Shown piece by piece: positions 38,538-50,559 of a stretch of 64,000 bases of DNA. Below the pieces are notes generated by a model. The model ran no database searches. It saw only the letters and a list, made by a program, of their open reading frames with translations, and was not told where the DNA came from. The position numbers were made by a program, and so were the translations under genes. Source of the DNA: Eledone cirrhosa. Lineage: Eukaryota. The stretch covers positions 29,016,001-29,080,000 of the forward strand of contig OZ024752.1 of the NCBI GenBank assembly GCA_964016885.1, read 5' to 3'. Each line of letters opens with the position of its first letter. Within the stretch, counting starts at the first letter, position 1.

Positions 38538-40575
38538 GACCTCTTCAGTGACTGGGGATTCTTTTCTTCGTTTTGTGCCTCTCCTTTGTTCTGTCCTACG
38601 CCATCTTGTTTTTGTGTGTGTTGTGTGCTTAGTTTGCGCATGTGTTACATCCGGGTGTCTGTGTGTGTTTTTATTTGTTTATTTATTTGTTTATTTACAT
38701 GTTACTGGTTGGTTGTTTGTTCTATGTGTGTGTGTTTTCATTTTGTCCTTAATTGTAAGTTGTGATGTTGCTATTCCATTCATGTTTTCTATTTCATTTT
38801 GTCCTTAATTGTAAGTTGTCATGTTGCTATTCCATTCATGTTTTCTATTTAATTTTGGAGTTCATTTATGTTTACTGCCTCTGTGATTTGTCTAAACATT
38901 GCGTCTTTTCAGTGTGTAGATTCTATTTTTATTTCTATGTTCTCTAATTTGCCCTTATGTTCTATTTTAGCATGTTGGTAGAGTACAGATGATTCTTTAC
39001 TATCTTGAAGGTCTCGCCAGTGTTCATTTATCCGTTCCCCTACACTACGAGCTGTCTCACCTATGTACACTATATTCTTATCTTTACATTGTCCTTCAGT
39101 ACATCTTATGCTATATATTACATTTCTAGTTTTTACAGTTAATATGGAGGCTTAGTTTACAGATTATGCATTTCTTATCTATACAGGGAGGTCTTTGAAA
39201 AGGGTATGTATTACTAATAAGTGTTTTTATGGCGGTACCTGGTCTTTCTACTATCTTAATATTAAGTTTAAGTTTATCTAGGGCCCTTCTAAATTTGTAA
39301 GCTAATTCACCTCTAGGGGTTGTATTGATGAACATTACACTCTGGTATTTATTGCTATCATACCATGAGTTTATTCTATTAACCTTATTCCTAGTTCTTT
39401 CTATTCTATTCCCAAATTTGCTCCTATACAAGGAGCAGGTCCCATTTGTACCATTATTTACCATTTTTTCCCATTTGGTTCTGGCTCCTCTATATACTCT
39501 GATTTTATCTCTTTGATTGTAACCAGAGAACTGCATACGGTGGATGAAGTGTTGTATGTGTCTCTCTAGTTCTTTGGGGTTGCACATGCGGGACACGTTT
39601 CTCATCACCTGTACCAAATCCGCAATCAGTATGTTGATATTGGTGTGATCCGAAACAGCTGAGTTTCAGTGGATCAGATATTTAGAAGTCATGGGTTTGG
39701 CATAATGGAAATGGAGGATTTGTTTTTTGTTATTAATGGTATCTAACCATAGCTCTGTGTCTAGTACAGATAATTAATGGTTGGGGTGTTTGCTTGGGTA
39801 GTCTATAGTAACTCTAATATTCTGGTGGATGGAGTTAGCTATTTGCTGGATGCTTTCCATGGTGTTTTTCTCTAATTCCTGACTGTTCTCTAGTGGGGGT
39901 GTTTTTACTACGATGTTTATATCATCAACGTAGCGGGAGTACATTATCAGGGTTAAGAGGTTGCTATCTTCTAATTGTTCTTTAAGTTTAAGTTTAATTT
40001 CCCACCATACCATGAATAGGTTAGCTATGTCACCTGCAATGTTAACACCAATGGTTGCTCCCTCCTCTTAGGCATATGTTTTTTCATTAAATTTGAACAT
40101 ATGTTCCTTAAGGGTTAGTTTTATACTGGCCCCCACCGCATGTGCAATCATTTTCTTTAGTTCATTGTGGTTTTCGGGGCTCCATATGGCTCTGGTCCAC
40201 CCGTTCCATCTTTCTGTGTGGGTTTTCTTGGCCATTGAGGTAATGGTAGGCGGTCTGCCTCTTGCTGGTCTTGTAGGGCACAGGTTGCTAAGGTCATACG
40301 TATCTAGATAATCATTACTATAGGTAACTTTAAGTAGGAGTCCCAGCTCACTGGTATCAATCCCACGGAATTCAACGTTGCTCTCACTGATCATTTCTAA
40401 GCATTTCTCCACAGCAAAATCCACATCAATGGATGGATATAGGAGCACAACATCCATACTACCTATTATACAGTCTGTCAGGTCCCTAGATCAGTTATTT
40501 TCGCTGATTCTGCTGAGGAGGTCCTCCGTGCTGTCACATATATCTGGGGACATTTCAATGATGGGGCGTATGATA
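38538..40575 (-). mobile_element. Penelope-like element (RT plus GIY-YIG, degenerate) with 3' repeat broken inside its hammerhead
   Basis: SMDVVLLYPSI, SRYVDDI, VLDTELW, HFHYAKPM, VIYSIRC...YIGETARSVGERINEH; 3' end matches 32505-32717. Confidence 0.9.
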
Positions 40576-41040
40576 ATGTGGCCGTGTAGGTAACGTGGTA
40601 AAAAGTTCCCAGTCCACACTGTAAATGTGGTTGGTGTTAGGAAGGGCATCCAACCATAGAAAACCTGCCAGATAGTTCTATATGAGCAAGACACGGTCAC
40701 CCGACCAACCTTGCCTCAAATTGGGGCAACTCCGTCTAACCCATGCCAGCGTGGAAGATGGACGCTAAACGATGATGATGATGATATATATATATATATA
40801 GTAATAATAATAAATGTGAAGACTAAAATCCAAAGAGGGCTCGATAAGGATAAATATATATCAAATATATATATAAATGTGATTGGTGTTAGGAAGGGCA
40901 TCCAGCTGTAGAAAACCTGCCAGATAGTCCTCTACGATCGAGACACGGTCACCCGACCCATCTTGCCTCAAGTGGGACAATTCCCGTCTAACCCATGCTA
41001 GCGTGGAAGATAGACGTTAAACGATGATGATGATGATGAT
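40575..41040 (+). mobile_element. Two tandem RTE-tail/SINE-B 3' fragments with (GAT)n tails
   Basis: ggtgttaggaagggcatcc...gaaaacctgccaga...ggacg(c/t)taaacgatgatgat twice. Confidence 0.85.
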
Positions 41041-41056
41041 ATGTATGTATATATAT

Positions 41057-41087
<31 letters not shown>

Positions 41088-41308
41088 TATGTATGTATAT
41101 GTATGTATATATATAATATATATATATATAATATATATGTATGTATCTTAACTATAATATGTATAATAATATATATATATTTAATGCATGGAGTTGTTTC
41201 TCTGACAGCCGGGGCCGGCCATTGAAGAAACCACACCACGCATTCAGCTGGCCCTCTGTATCATGAAAAGAAAATCTTTATTGGCGAAATTATTGGATTT
41301 TTCCCAAT

Positions 41309-41536
41309 TTAACCCTCTAGCATTTCAACCAGCTATATCCGGTCAGAATTTTCTCACCTCTTTCTGTTGAAACCGGACATAACTGGTGACTCATACTGAT
41401 GTTAAGGTATTGTTCCCAAAATAGATAATATCAAAATCTCATAGATTCAATATTATGTTAGATATTATGTGAAATAAAGCCTTTACCACTAAAATACAAT
41501 AATATTTATAGAGTAATGTAAATGCTAAAAGGTTAA
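41309..41536. mobile_element. piggyBac-derived MITE (~220 bp)
   Basis: TTAA-CCCT.TAGCATTT...AAATGCTAAAAGG-TTAA. Confidence 0.85.
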
Positions 41537-41558
41537 AGGTTTCTTAGGAACTTTCAAT

Positions 41559-41647
41559 GTTTATTTTAGGTTTTGCCGTCTGAAGAGCTCAGGCTATCTT
41601 AACTGATAGTCCTCAGTGAAATATGTATTACGGAGTTTTAAATAAAC
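41559..41647 (+). ncRNA. Type I hammerhead ribozyme motif with extended stem I
   Basis: ccgt-CTGAAGA(41580)-gct-c-agg-ctatc/gatag-t-cct-c-agt-GAAA-tatgta-TT-acgg; distal gtttattt/aaataaac. Confidence 0.75.
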
Positions 41648-41917
41648 CCGAATCAACTGAATATGGCCTCCCGATCTTTTATTGATATATAATGCTCCAT
41701 CTTGTACCATTTATACAGGTCGTTGAGTGCTTCTTTTTATCTGCTTCACAACCGACAGACCATAATGTGGTCCACCCATCTCTGTTCGGTTAACCCCATA
41801 CTCTAATATATATATATATTATGTTAAGTATTTCCGTAGAAAAGGAAAGGAAAGAAGAGTGCTCTATGTATAGTACAAAACTATTTAATTACATGATAAA
41901 CAACACAATATAATTAT

Positions 41918-41985
41918 ACCATTATCAAAGGTTTCAGGAGACTAGACTATCCTTACAGAAACGTCCAGCTCGTTCATCAGATGAT
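41918..41985 (-). ncRNA. Type I hammerhead ribozyme motif (stem III imperfect)
   Basis: atcat-CTGATGA-acgag-ctggac...gtctag-tctcct-GAAA-cctttga-TA-atggt. Confidence 0.65.
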
Positions 41986-42447
41986 GAAAATATATTATCA
42001 TCATCATTTTGTTTGTTGTTGTGCTCATAATTGTTTTGGCATTAATACACTGGTTGGATGCCCGTCCTAACACCAGCACCACTTTAAAGCATGGACTGGG
42101 TGCTTTTATTTGTGCCACCAGCACTAGAGAGGTTGTCTTACTAAACTCAGGAGCCCTCTCCAGCCCATAGTTTGGCACAGTTTTTAATAGCTGAATGCTA
42201 CTACCATTACCTCCATTTTACAACATGGACCAGGTGCCTTTATTCGTGCCACCAGCACTAGGGAAGTTGTCTTACTGGACTTAGGGGACTGCTCCACCCC
42301 GCACCAATTTATTTGGAGTGGTAGCTCTCCTAGACTTGTTGTCTACACTATGGCTTACAGAGCCTCCATCCGCCCCGTATATATATATATATATATATAT
42401 ATATACGATATATTAACAAATGGAAACTATATTTATAAAACCATATT

Positions 42448-42512
42448 TATTTCATTATACATATTTCAAGGACACCAAGTTAAATTATGGTGTGCTTTCA
42501 TCAGATAAAATA
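42448..42512 (-). ncRNA. Type I hammerhead ribozyme motif (left arm)
   Basis: Reverse complement of 42656-42720. Confidence 0.8.
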
Positions 42513-42655
42513 TAATATAGAGCAGTTTTATAAATAAATATTGACATACCATTAAAGAATGCGACCATTTCTGTTGGAAGCTGCCGGATATGTACAGAAA
42601 TGGTCGCATTCTTTAAGGGTATGTCAATATTTATTTATAAAACTGCTCTATATTA

Positions 42656-42720
42656 TATTTTATCTGATGAAAGCACACCATAATTTAACTTGGTGTCCTT
42701 GAAATATGTATAATGAAATA
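42656..42720 (+). ncRNA. Type I hammerhead ribozyme motif (right arm)
   Basis: tattttat-CTGATGA-aag-c-acacca/tggtgt-c-ctt-GAAA-tatgta-TA-atgaaata. Confidence 0.85.
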
Positions 42721-42794
42721 AATATGGTTTTATAAATATAGTTTCCATTTGTTAATATATCGTATTTTTACTCCAATAATTTGTTGAGTGCTTT

Positions 42795-43147
<353 letters not shown>

Positions 43148-43254
43148 GAAAACTAAAAGTCATGGAACGACTCATCAGAAGGAAACTGATCACTTTTCTA
43201 AAGGAAAATGGTCTCCTAACTGACACCCAGCATGGCTGTTTGTATATGTACATA

Positions 43255-43629
43255 CAGGTTCATAATCTCTTATCTGAAAACCTTACGACCAGACACTTTT
43301 CGGAATGGAAGATTTTTAGAGTATATTTTAAAGTTTTTTAGATAAAACATTACAGGGGGGGGGGGCATGGTGGCTCAGTGGTAGAGTGCTCAGCTTTTTC
43401 GACATTTTCACAGTCTTCAAAGTAAAATAAAAAAAATCAACAAAATTTCCATGAGCTGCAGAGATGACGTGCGCCTGACTGATAGGAGTATTGAGACACA
43501 ACTGTGTGACCTGGGTTGACTGAGTCGTTTCGGGTCGTGTTTGGTGTCAAACATGAGCTTCAGTGTGCAGACGACATCCTGGAAAAAATGTTCAGTTTTC
43601 AGAATTTCGGATAAAAGATTGCGAACCTG
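43255..43629. mobile_element. Tc1/mariner MITE (same family as 20580-20876, opposite orientation)
   Basis: TA-CAGGTTCATAATC...GATTGCGAACCTG-TA. Confidence 0.85.
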
Positions 43630-43689
43630 TATGTGTATATATATAGAGAGTTAGGATTTCGATTAGAATTAGTATAATTACTGTGAACA

Positions 43690-44810
43690 GTCATGTGGTT
43701 ACAGTCAACCTTGCTGGGTGTGTATGGTTCATATGATAGTGAGTTATTTTGGATAATAATCCTTCATCAAACTATATCATTCTGTATTATTCTTGGCTTG
43801 GCAAATCCATTACCCGTCAAAGTATGTGTATAGTTGTTTCCATGTATCCAGGTCACTCCAATGGTTTAGAGTAGGTACCACCTCCCTAATATAATGTGCC
43901 TCTGCTATTCTTAAGTAAACCGTATCTCTTCAAATATTTGTAAACCGTAGCTCTGCAAATATTTTTGTGCTTATTTTTCTTCCACATATTCCTTTGTATT
44001 GAAACTCTACATTCAGAGGCTTTGCTTTTTGAAAATGTTCAGATATTCTATTATATAGTTGGTGTTTCGTGGAATTGATGCAGTTGGCTCTGCACATGCA
44101 GTTTAGCTCAAACACTACATGGTCTTTCAGGCATATTGGTTTTGTATTGTTGTTATTAATTCCTGTAGAAGTGTATTCTCTAACAGGTCATCTCCAAAAG
44201 CAACAATCTTCTTCGATGCTCTGCATGAGGTGTTGTCTCAATGCCTTTCCACACTTTGTTACTTGCACTGGAAGGCCTGTTCTTCTGATACAGTTTCTCA
44301 GACGATTTTCTGTCTGTTCTCATTGCTATGGCAGATCAATGTAGACCCAGGTTTTATCTTTGTTCTCTCGTTACTTTCTCTGCTTCTCTTTCTTCTTGTT
44401 AGTGTTGTTGTGTCTTTCATTGTTGTTGTTGGTCTAAGAGTGGTTGTAGTTATTATTACGATTAAGGGTGGTGGTTTATGTTGGCTTGTGACTGTGACTG
44501 TGTTGGTGTTTGTGTTCTCTTATACACTCAACAACATTTCTTACAAAGTGTTGTTCATAGCCTCTCTTTAACAGCAGTTTCTGAAAGTTATTTAGGACAG
44601 ATCTTGCTTGGGTGACCTTGTCACATCTGTCCGTGCATCGTATGAGTTTGTTCATGGCCACATGGTGTTTTAGGCTTTGCAGATATGCTGAGTCTGGATG
44701 AAGTAAGACATCTCTCTTGGCTTCTTTCTCATAGAAGCTGATGTTAGCCTTTCCTGAAGCTAGGGATAGGGTAAAGTCAAGCAGACTTAGGGAACCATTG
44801 GTTCTTGGGT
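43690..44810 (-). mobile_element. Penelope-like element fragment (RT thumb plus GIY-YIG)
   Basis: GSLSLLDFTL...ISFYEKEAKRDVLLHPDS...LLKRGY; FELNCMCRANCINSTKHQLYNRISEH. Confidence 0.75.
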
Positions 44811-44834
44811 ATATATATATATACATACATATAT

Positions 44835-45055
44835 CATCATCATCATCATTTTACGTCCGCTTTTCCCTGCTTGCAAGGGTGGGACGGGAACTGATTCTGG
44901 CTTGATTTCTACAGCTGGATACCCTTCCTAACACCAACCTCATTTACAGTGAGTGCTGGATGCTTTTTTTACCGTGGCACCTCCACGACCACTTTGCAGT
45001 GGAATGATAGGGACCCCAGTCCTATCATCTCATTTCTACAGCTGAGTAAACTGGA
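44835..45055 (-). mobile_element. SINE family B 3' part
   Basis: Reverse complement of 46690-46965. Confidence 0.85.
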
Positions 45056-45100
45056 GATTTACACCAGCCCAGCTTGGTGTAAATCCTTGAAAGGTTTATT

Positions 45101-45158
45101 ATACTATGATCATTTCAATGACCGGGTTCCATATGAATCCGGTAATATCATCAGGTAT
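45101..45158 (-). ncRNA. Type I hammerhead ribozyme motif
   Basis: atac-CTGATGA-tatt-accgg...ccggt-catt-GAAA-tgatca-TA-gtat; stem III ATGATCAT palindrome; first stem II pair is a mismatch. Confidence 0.7.
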
Positions 45159-45812
45159 TCGAAATATAACAAAGGAACATAGCAGATAAAATCCATGGAT
45201 CCGAAAATCAAAGACAAAGAGGACGACTAACCAACTAGCTGCTTTCACCTCGGTCAGTTGCCCTCAAGTGATGGCTACTCGGTCTACTAATGACCATATG
45301 GCGAGGGGGCGAAGGCTTATAATGTACTACCACCTCTCCGTCAAAGAGAAAAAAAGAAAAAAGAAAGAAAGAAGAAAAGTTAGCGTAAGGGTCACACTAC
45401 AGTCAGGCTAGAAATTGCCGCGAAAAATGTTATTCCAAAGAACCTATATCTTAACAGAGGCATATATAGTAGGCGTCTGAATGGTATAATGTGTGAACAG
45501 AAAATTGGAACGTTAAACTTATGTTTAGAGTTATAGGATGAAATTAAATTAAAAATTAAAAATTAAAAAATTAAAAAAAATTATTAAAAATTAAAGATTT
45601 GGGTTGCGAGATTTATTTAAGGAAATTACAGAGAGGGTCTTATATGAAAAAGTTTAAGTGTATTATAGGGAATCTCGATAAGTTATCAGGGTGGGATATA
45701 GAGTAAAGATTAAAGCCTTCGATTGTAAATCCCAGCCAGCACCTCCTAACCACGTGTCAGCCAGTTTCGAGTGGTATCGTCTAGCGAAAGAAATGGAAAT
45801 TAATTTTTTTGA

Positions 45813-46563
45813 GTAGACTGAAAGGTAGACTGTATGATGTGTGTATACGAACAGCTATGTTGCATGGTAGTGAGACCTGGGCACTGTGTGCAGAAGACTT
45901 GTGTAGATTAGAAAGAAATGATGCTTGCATGCTCTGATGGATGTGTAATAGTAATATATGCAAACGGCAAAGCATAAACGAATTGAGAGACTAAGCATAA
46001 GAGGAATCAAATGGTGTGTGCAGGAGAGGAGATTCGTTGGTTTGGGCATGTGATGCGTATGAAGGATGACAGCTGCATAAAAAGGTGCAGAGCACTAAAA
46101 GTCGATGGAAGCCTTGGAGTGGGGAGACCCCAAAAGACCTAGGATGAGGTGATAGAAGCTGATCTTGCCCAGTTGCACCTCTCAAAGGCGATGACACAGG
46201 ACCAAGAACTCTGGTGTTACGCAGTAATACAGAAGACCCAACTTCCCATGAGTACAAGCTGAAGCTGAAGCAGCTAGACAGTATGCCCCCACTGTAAAGT
46301 GGTCGTGCAGGTGTCACGACAAAAAAGCACCCAGTCCACACTGTAAAGTGGTTGTGTAGGCGCCATGGTAAAAAGCACCCAGTACTCACTTTAAATGAGG
46401 TTGGTGTTAGGAAGGGCATCCTGCTGTAGTAATCAAGCCAAAATCAGTTCTGCATGAGCAAGACATGGTTACCTGACCTGACATTGCCCACAACAGGACA
46501 ACCTGTCTAACCCATGCTAGCGTGGAAGAATGGACGTAAAACAGTGATGATTATGATCATGAT
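45813..46563 (+). mobile_element. RTE LINE 3' fragment plus UTR/tail
   Basis: Homologous to 34810-35648. Confidence 0.88.
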
Positions 46564-46582
46564 ATCTATGTACAATATATGT

Positions 46583-46965
46583 ATGGCTTAGTGGTTAGAG
46601 CATTGGCCTTGCAATCGAAAGGTTGTGAGTTCAATTCTCAGACCGGGTGATGTGTTGTTTCCTTGAGCAAGACACTTTATTTCACATTGCTCCAGTTTAC
46701 TCAGCTGTAGAAATGAGATGATAGGGACTGGGGTCCCTATCATTCCACTGCAAAGTGGACGTGTAGGTGCCACAGCAAAAAAGCACCCAGCCCACACTGT
46801 AAAGTGGACGTGTAGGCGCCATTGAAAAAAAGCACCCCTCATTCACTGTAAATAAGGTTGGTGTTAGGAAGGGCATCCAGCTGTAGAAATCAAGGCAGAA
46901 TCAGTTCCCGTCCAACCTTGCAAGCAGGGAAAAGCGGATGTAAAAATGATGATGATGATGATGAT
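46583..46965 (+). mobile_element. Full-length tRNA-derived CORE-type SINE (family B) with RTE-derived tail
   Basis: A box TGGCTTAGTGG, B box GAGTTCAATTC, core ccttgagcaagacacttt, 3' part shared with RTE 3'UTR, (GAT)n tail. Confidence 0.88.
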
Positions 46966-47015
<50 letters not shown>

Positions 47016-47217
47016 CTGTGGTATGAAAAATCTTTTCTCTCTGGAATTTATGTGGGATTTGTGGAATTAGATCACTAGCTGCATTTGTCAACTTATGATC
47101 AAATTTGTCATTGTGATAAACTGGCAAGTGAATCTTGCATTGGACTAACAGATAGGAAGAGAGCAGAGATGGGGTTAAGGTTGTGTACATGAGGATGCAT
47201 CGAAATTAGATAGGAAG

Positions 47218-47348
47218 TAGATAAAAAGGTTTTTCTAAGGAATTAATTTTAAAAAAGATTATATAGAGATAAATAAATAAAATAATTTAATTATTCATTT
47301 ATCATTTTACGTCCGCTTTTCCCTGATGCAAAATGATGATGATGATGA

Positions 47349-47385
<37 letters not shown>

Positions 47386-47542
47386 GATTTACCAGGCTTG
47401 CATGGGTTAGATGAACTGTCACATTGACCACAGACCATGTCATACTCATATGAATGATAAATGAATAATTAAATTATTTTATTTATTTATCTCTATATAA
47501 TCTTTTTTTAAAATTAATTCCTTAGAAAAACCTTTTTATCTA
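47218..47542. repeat. Inverted repeat, ~89-bp arms (47218-47306 / 47453-47542)
   Basis: Arms are reverse complements; spacer has SINE-tail scraps and (TA)n. Confidence 0.88.
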
Positions 47543-47581
47543 TTTATATATATATATTTTATCTATTTATATATATATATA

Positions 47582-48200
47582 TAACAGAGGAGTTTAAGAC
47601 TGGTTGTCCATGGGAACTTCTCTATGCTGACGATCTGGTTCTTATAGCAGAATCAGTAGAGGAGCTAGAGAATAAATTCTGGCTATGGAAACAGCAGTTG
47701 GAAGCAAGAGGACTGAGAGTCAACCTAGCTAAGACAAAAGTGCTGATGAGTAGAAAAGAGGACAAAACTCTTATTCCGTCAGGGAAATTGTCATGTTCGA
47801 TATGCAGAAAAGGAACTGGCATAAATTCTATAAAATGCACACAATGCAGATCCTGGGTACACAAGAGATGTAGCGGGATAGCAGGCAAACTAACATGTAG
47901 GGAGAAATACGTATGCAGTAGATGTACAGGGAAATTAGACAGTAGAAGTCGCATTGATAGACACATTTAGAAGTTGTGGATAGCTTCCGGTACCTAGGAG
48001 ATCAGATTAGCATGGGAGGAGGGTGTTCCGAGGCCATAGTATCTAGAATAAGGATGGGTTGGAAGAAGTTTAGGGAGCTGCTTCCTCTGTTGACGAAGAA
48101 GGGTTTCTCCCTGCGTACGAAAGGCCGGTTGTATGATGCCTGTGTTAGGCATCATACAACTCATGCAAGCATGGAAAAACAGACATAAAAACGATGATGT
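47582..48200 (+). mobile_element. RTE LINE fragment (YADD, PHD, YLG)
   Basis: GCPWELLYADDL, CSICRKG...CTQCRSWVHKRCSG...CSRC. Confidence 0.88.
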
Positions 48201-48531
48201 GGAAGTAGTACCCATTAATGGGTCTTACCTGAGCTTTATAGAGGGTCAGAAGTTGTTAGGAGCTGGAGTATTTTCTGACTTTGAAGGGAAGAGCCAGTCT
48301 TTTACATGCAGTCCCTGCTATGTTTAGAGTGTGCATAAGTCACGAAAGAACCTCAGTGATAGTAAGACCTAGCATCATTTGGAGCAAACATAACAGCTCC
48401 AACTGTGCGCTTTTGGAAATTAACCCCTTGAGTTAAAACCAACTCTGGTCCTATGAAATAAAACCACCCATTTTAAAGGGTTCTTATTTAAATTAAAATC
48501 TTCCAACATAATTTTATATAAGAACCTTACA

Positions 48532-48736
48532 TTAACCCTTTAGCATTTACATTACTCTATATATACTATTGTATTTTCATGGTAAACATTTTACTTCACA
48601 TAACCATCTCACATAATATTGATTCTATGAGATTTTGAGAACAATACTGTATGAGTGGCCGGTTGCAGCTGGTTTAAACAGAACTAGCTGAGAGAATTCT
48701 GGTTGGATATGGCCAGTTTAAATGCTAAAGGGTTAA
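48532..48736. mobile_element. piggyBac-derived MITE
   Basis: TTAACCCTTTAGCATTTA...AAATGCTAAAGGGTTAA. Confidence 0.88.
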
Positions 48737-49356
48737 GTTACTATCTTAGTAATGAAATAACTAATAATTTTGCTAAATCTCTCAAGCTTCTTCATTAATT
48801 AATTGAAATAGTGTATTTCATTAGAAATATGGTCATGAAAGGTATAAGATGATAAGGTGTGGTGATGTTTTCTTTACATGAGTAGTGCTTGTGTTATTTT
48901 GTTGTTGACAAAATCAAGATTAGCATGAGGTCAGGCTCTGTTCCTTTAGTCAGTGTAGATTTGGTGTGAGGTGTGTAAGTTGTATGAGGAGGACATTTGG
49001 GTGGGGAAGGTTAGGGAAGGATGAAGGGTGGTATCATCTGTATATGAATGGGTATTGTTGGATGGGATGGCAAGTAAGTCATTTAATGTAAAGAAGGAAG
49101 AGAGTGAGTGTTAGAACCTAACCCCAGGGTATACTCTGTGTGTGTGAGTAAAAAGTAAACAGAAATAACAAAGCAATTAACAGTACAATGAAGAAATATA
49201 TTAGTTTAATGCTTGAAAAAGGAAAAGAGTCTTAACGTTTTGGACACTAGTCCTTCTTGAGAGGATGAAATAGAGTAAGAAGAGGAAGGAACAGGAAAAA
49301 ATGAGAAAAAAAACACACGTGCATTTTGGGGATGTGTGTGTGTGTGTGTGTAAGTA

Positions 49357-49881
49357 CAGTGTACCTCCGGCATTCGCGGTTCTGGTTATTTGCAGAATTT
49401 TTCATAGAACCTTACCCTCTGCCCTCTGGGTTCCGACTGAAAAGAACAGTGCCAGTTTTCAACATTATCATCATAAAGGGCGGTGGATTGGCAGTATCGG
49501 TAGAGGGTCAGACACCATGCTTTGCAGCATAGAGTTATGGCCCTTTACGTTTTGGGTTCAGATCCTGCCGAGGTTAACTTTGCTTTTTATCCTTACGAGT
49601 TCAATAAAATAAAATACCATAGAGTTAATTATTTGTGGAAACTACCGCATATTCGCAGAATCATAAATATCTTCCACAATTTTTTTATGGCTTTTTTCGT
49701 GGCAATAGATATTTTTTTCCTATCTTTTTAACGCTAAATTATTGATAACAATATAGTGTGTTTGCTGGCCTATATTTTATGTTATATTTTGATGTTTATG
49801 AACCACGTCCAATATTCGTGATTTTTAACTCTTCGCAGGTACTCTAGGGACGTAACCCCCGCGAATACCTGGGGACAACTG
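49357..49881. mobile_element. Tigger-like MITE containing a family A SINE (49478-49620)
   Basis: TA-CAGTGTACCTCCGGCATTCGCGG...CCGCGAATACCTGGGGACAACTG-TA. Confidence 0.75.
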
Positions 49882-50257
49882 TATATGGAAAAAATTAGAA
49901 AAATTAATAAGCAGAGTGAAAAAGGGAGACAGTTAAGAATACCTCTGCTTGGATTATCGTATACTTTATCTGTTTATTCATCGTAGATTTTATCGGTATG
50001 TTGGTTTGCCAGCACCTAAGAAGTTGTCTCATTTCCATGAACACTAGAGAGTTTCAATTCCATGTTGTTTGTTATTTCATTGTTGCCCGTACAACTTTCT
50101 GGGATATGGAAGAAACTTCTTTCCAGAAATAACTTCTGGAAAGAAGAGGAAATGTGTGACATCTGAATGAGTATCCTTCACCTCCAACTAACTTACCCTC
50201 TGCTTCTGGGTTCCGACCGAAAAGAACAGTGCCTGTTTTCAACATTATTATCATAAA

Positions 50258-50435
50258 GGGCAGTGGATTGGCAGTATCGGTAGAGCGTCAGACACCATGC
50301 TTTGCAGCATAGAGTTATGGCCCTTTACGCTCTGAGTTCAAATCATGCCGAGGTTAGCTTTGCCTTTTATCCTTATGGGATCAATAAAATAAAGTACCAG
50401 TAATGCGCTGGAGTAATTGCTGGCCTTGTGCCAAA
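50258..50435 (+). mobile_element. Family A tRNA-SINE
   Basis: GGCAGTGGATTGGCAGTATCGG...GAGTTCAAATC, core and tail. Confidence 0.88.
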
Positions 50436-50559
50436 TCACTATGGCTTCAACTGTCACCAATAGTAACTGTACATATGTGTAGTAGCATTGTTTATAGATT
50501 TTATGGCTCTTTGATAATGATGGATGTTTAGAATGATATATGGCTGAAATAAGATAATC

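Larger units (their letters stand above)
42403..42765. repeat. Near-perfect DNA palindrome (172-bp arms, 19-nt loop) with a hammerhead in each arm
   Basis: 42403-42574 is the reverse complement of 42594-42765 with one mismatch seen; flanked by (TA)n. Confidence 0.93.

Noticed and set aside
43150-43185. Minus-strand CTGATGA-gtc/gac
   Set aside because: GAAA absent; same for hits at 3946, 14431, 18263, 54994 and 56819
46583-46660. tRNA gene
   Set aside because: tRNA-derived SINE head followed by core and LINE tail; no complete cloverleaf
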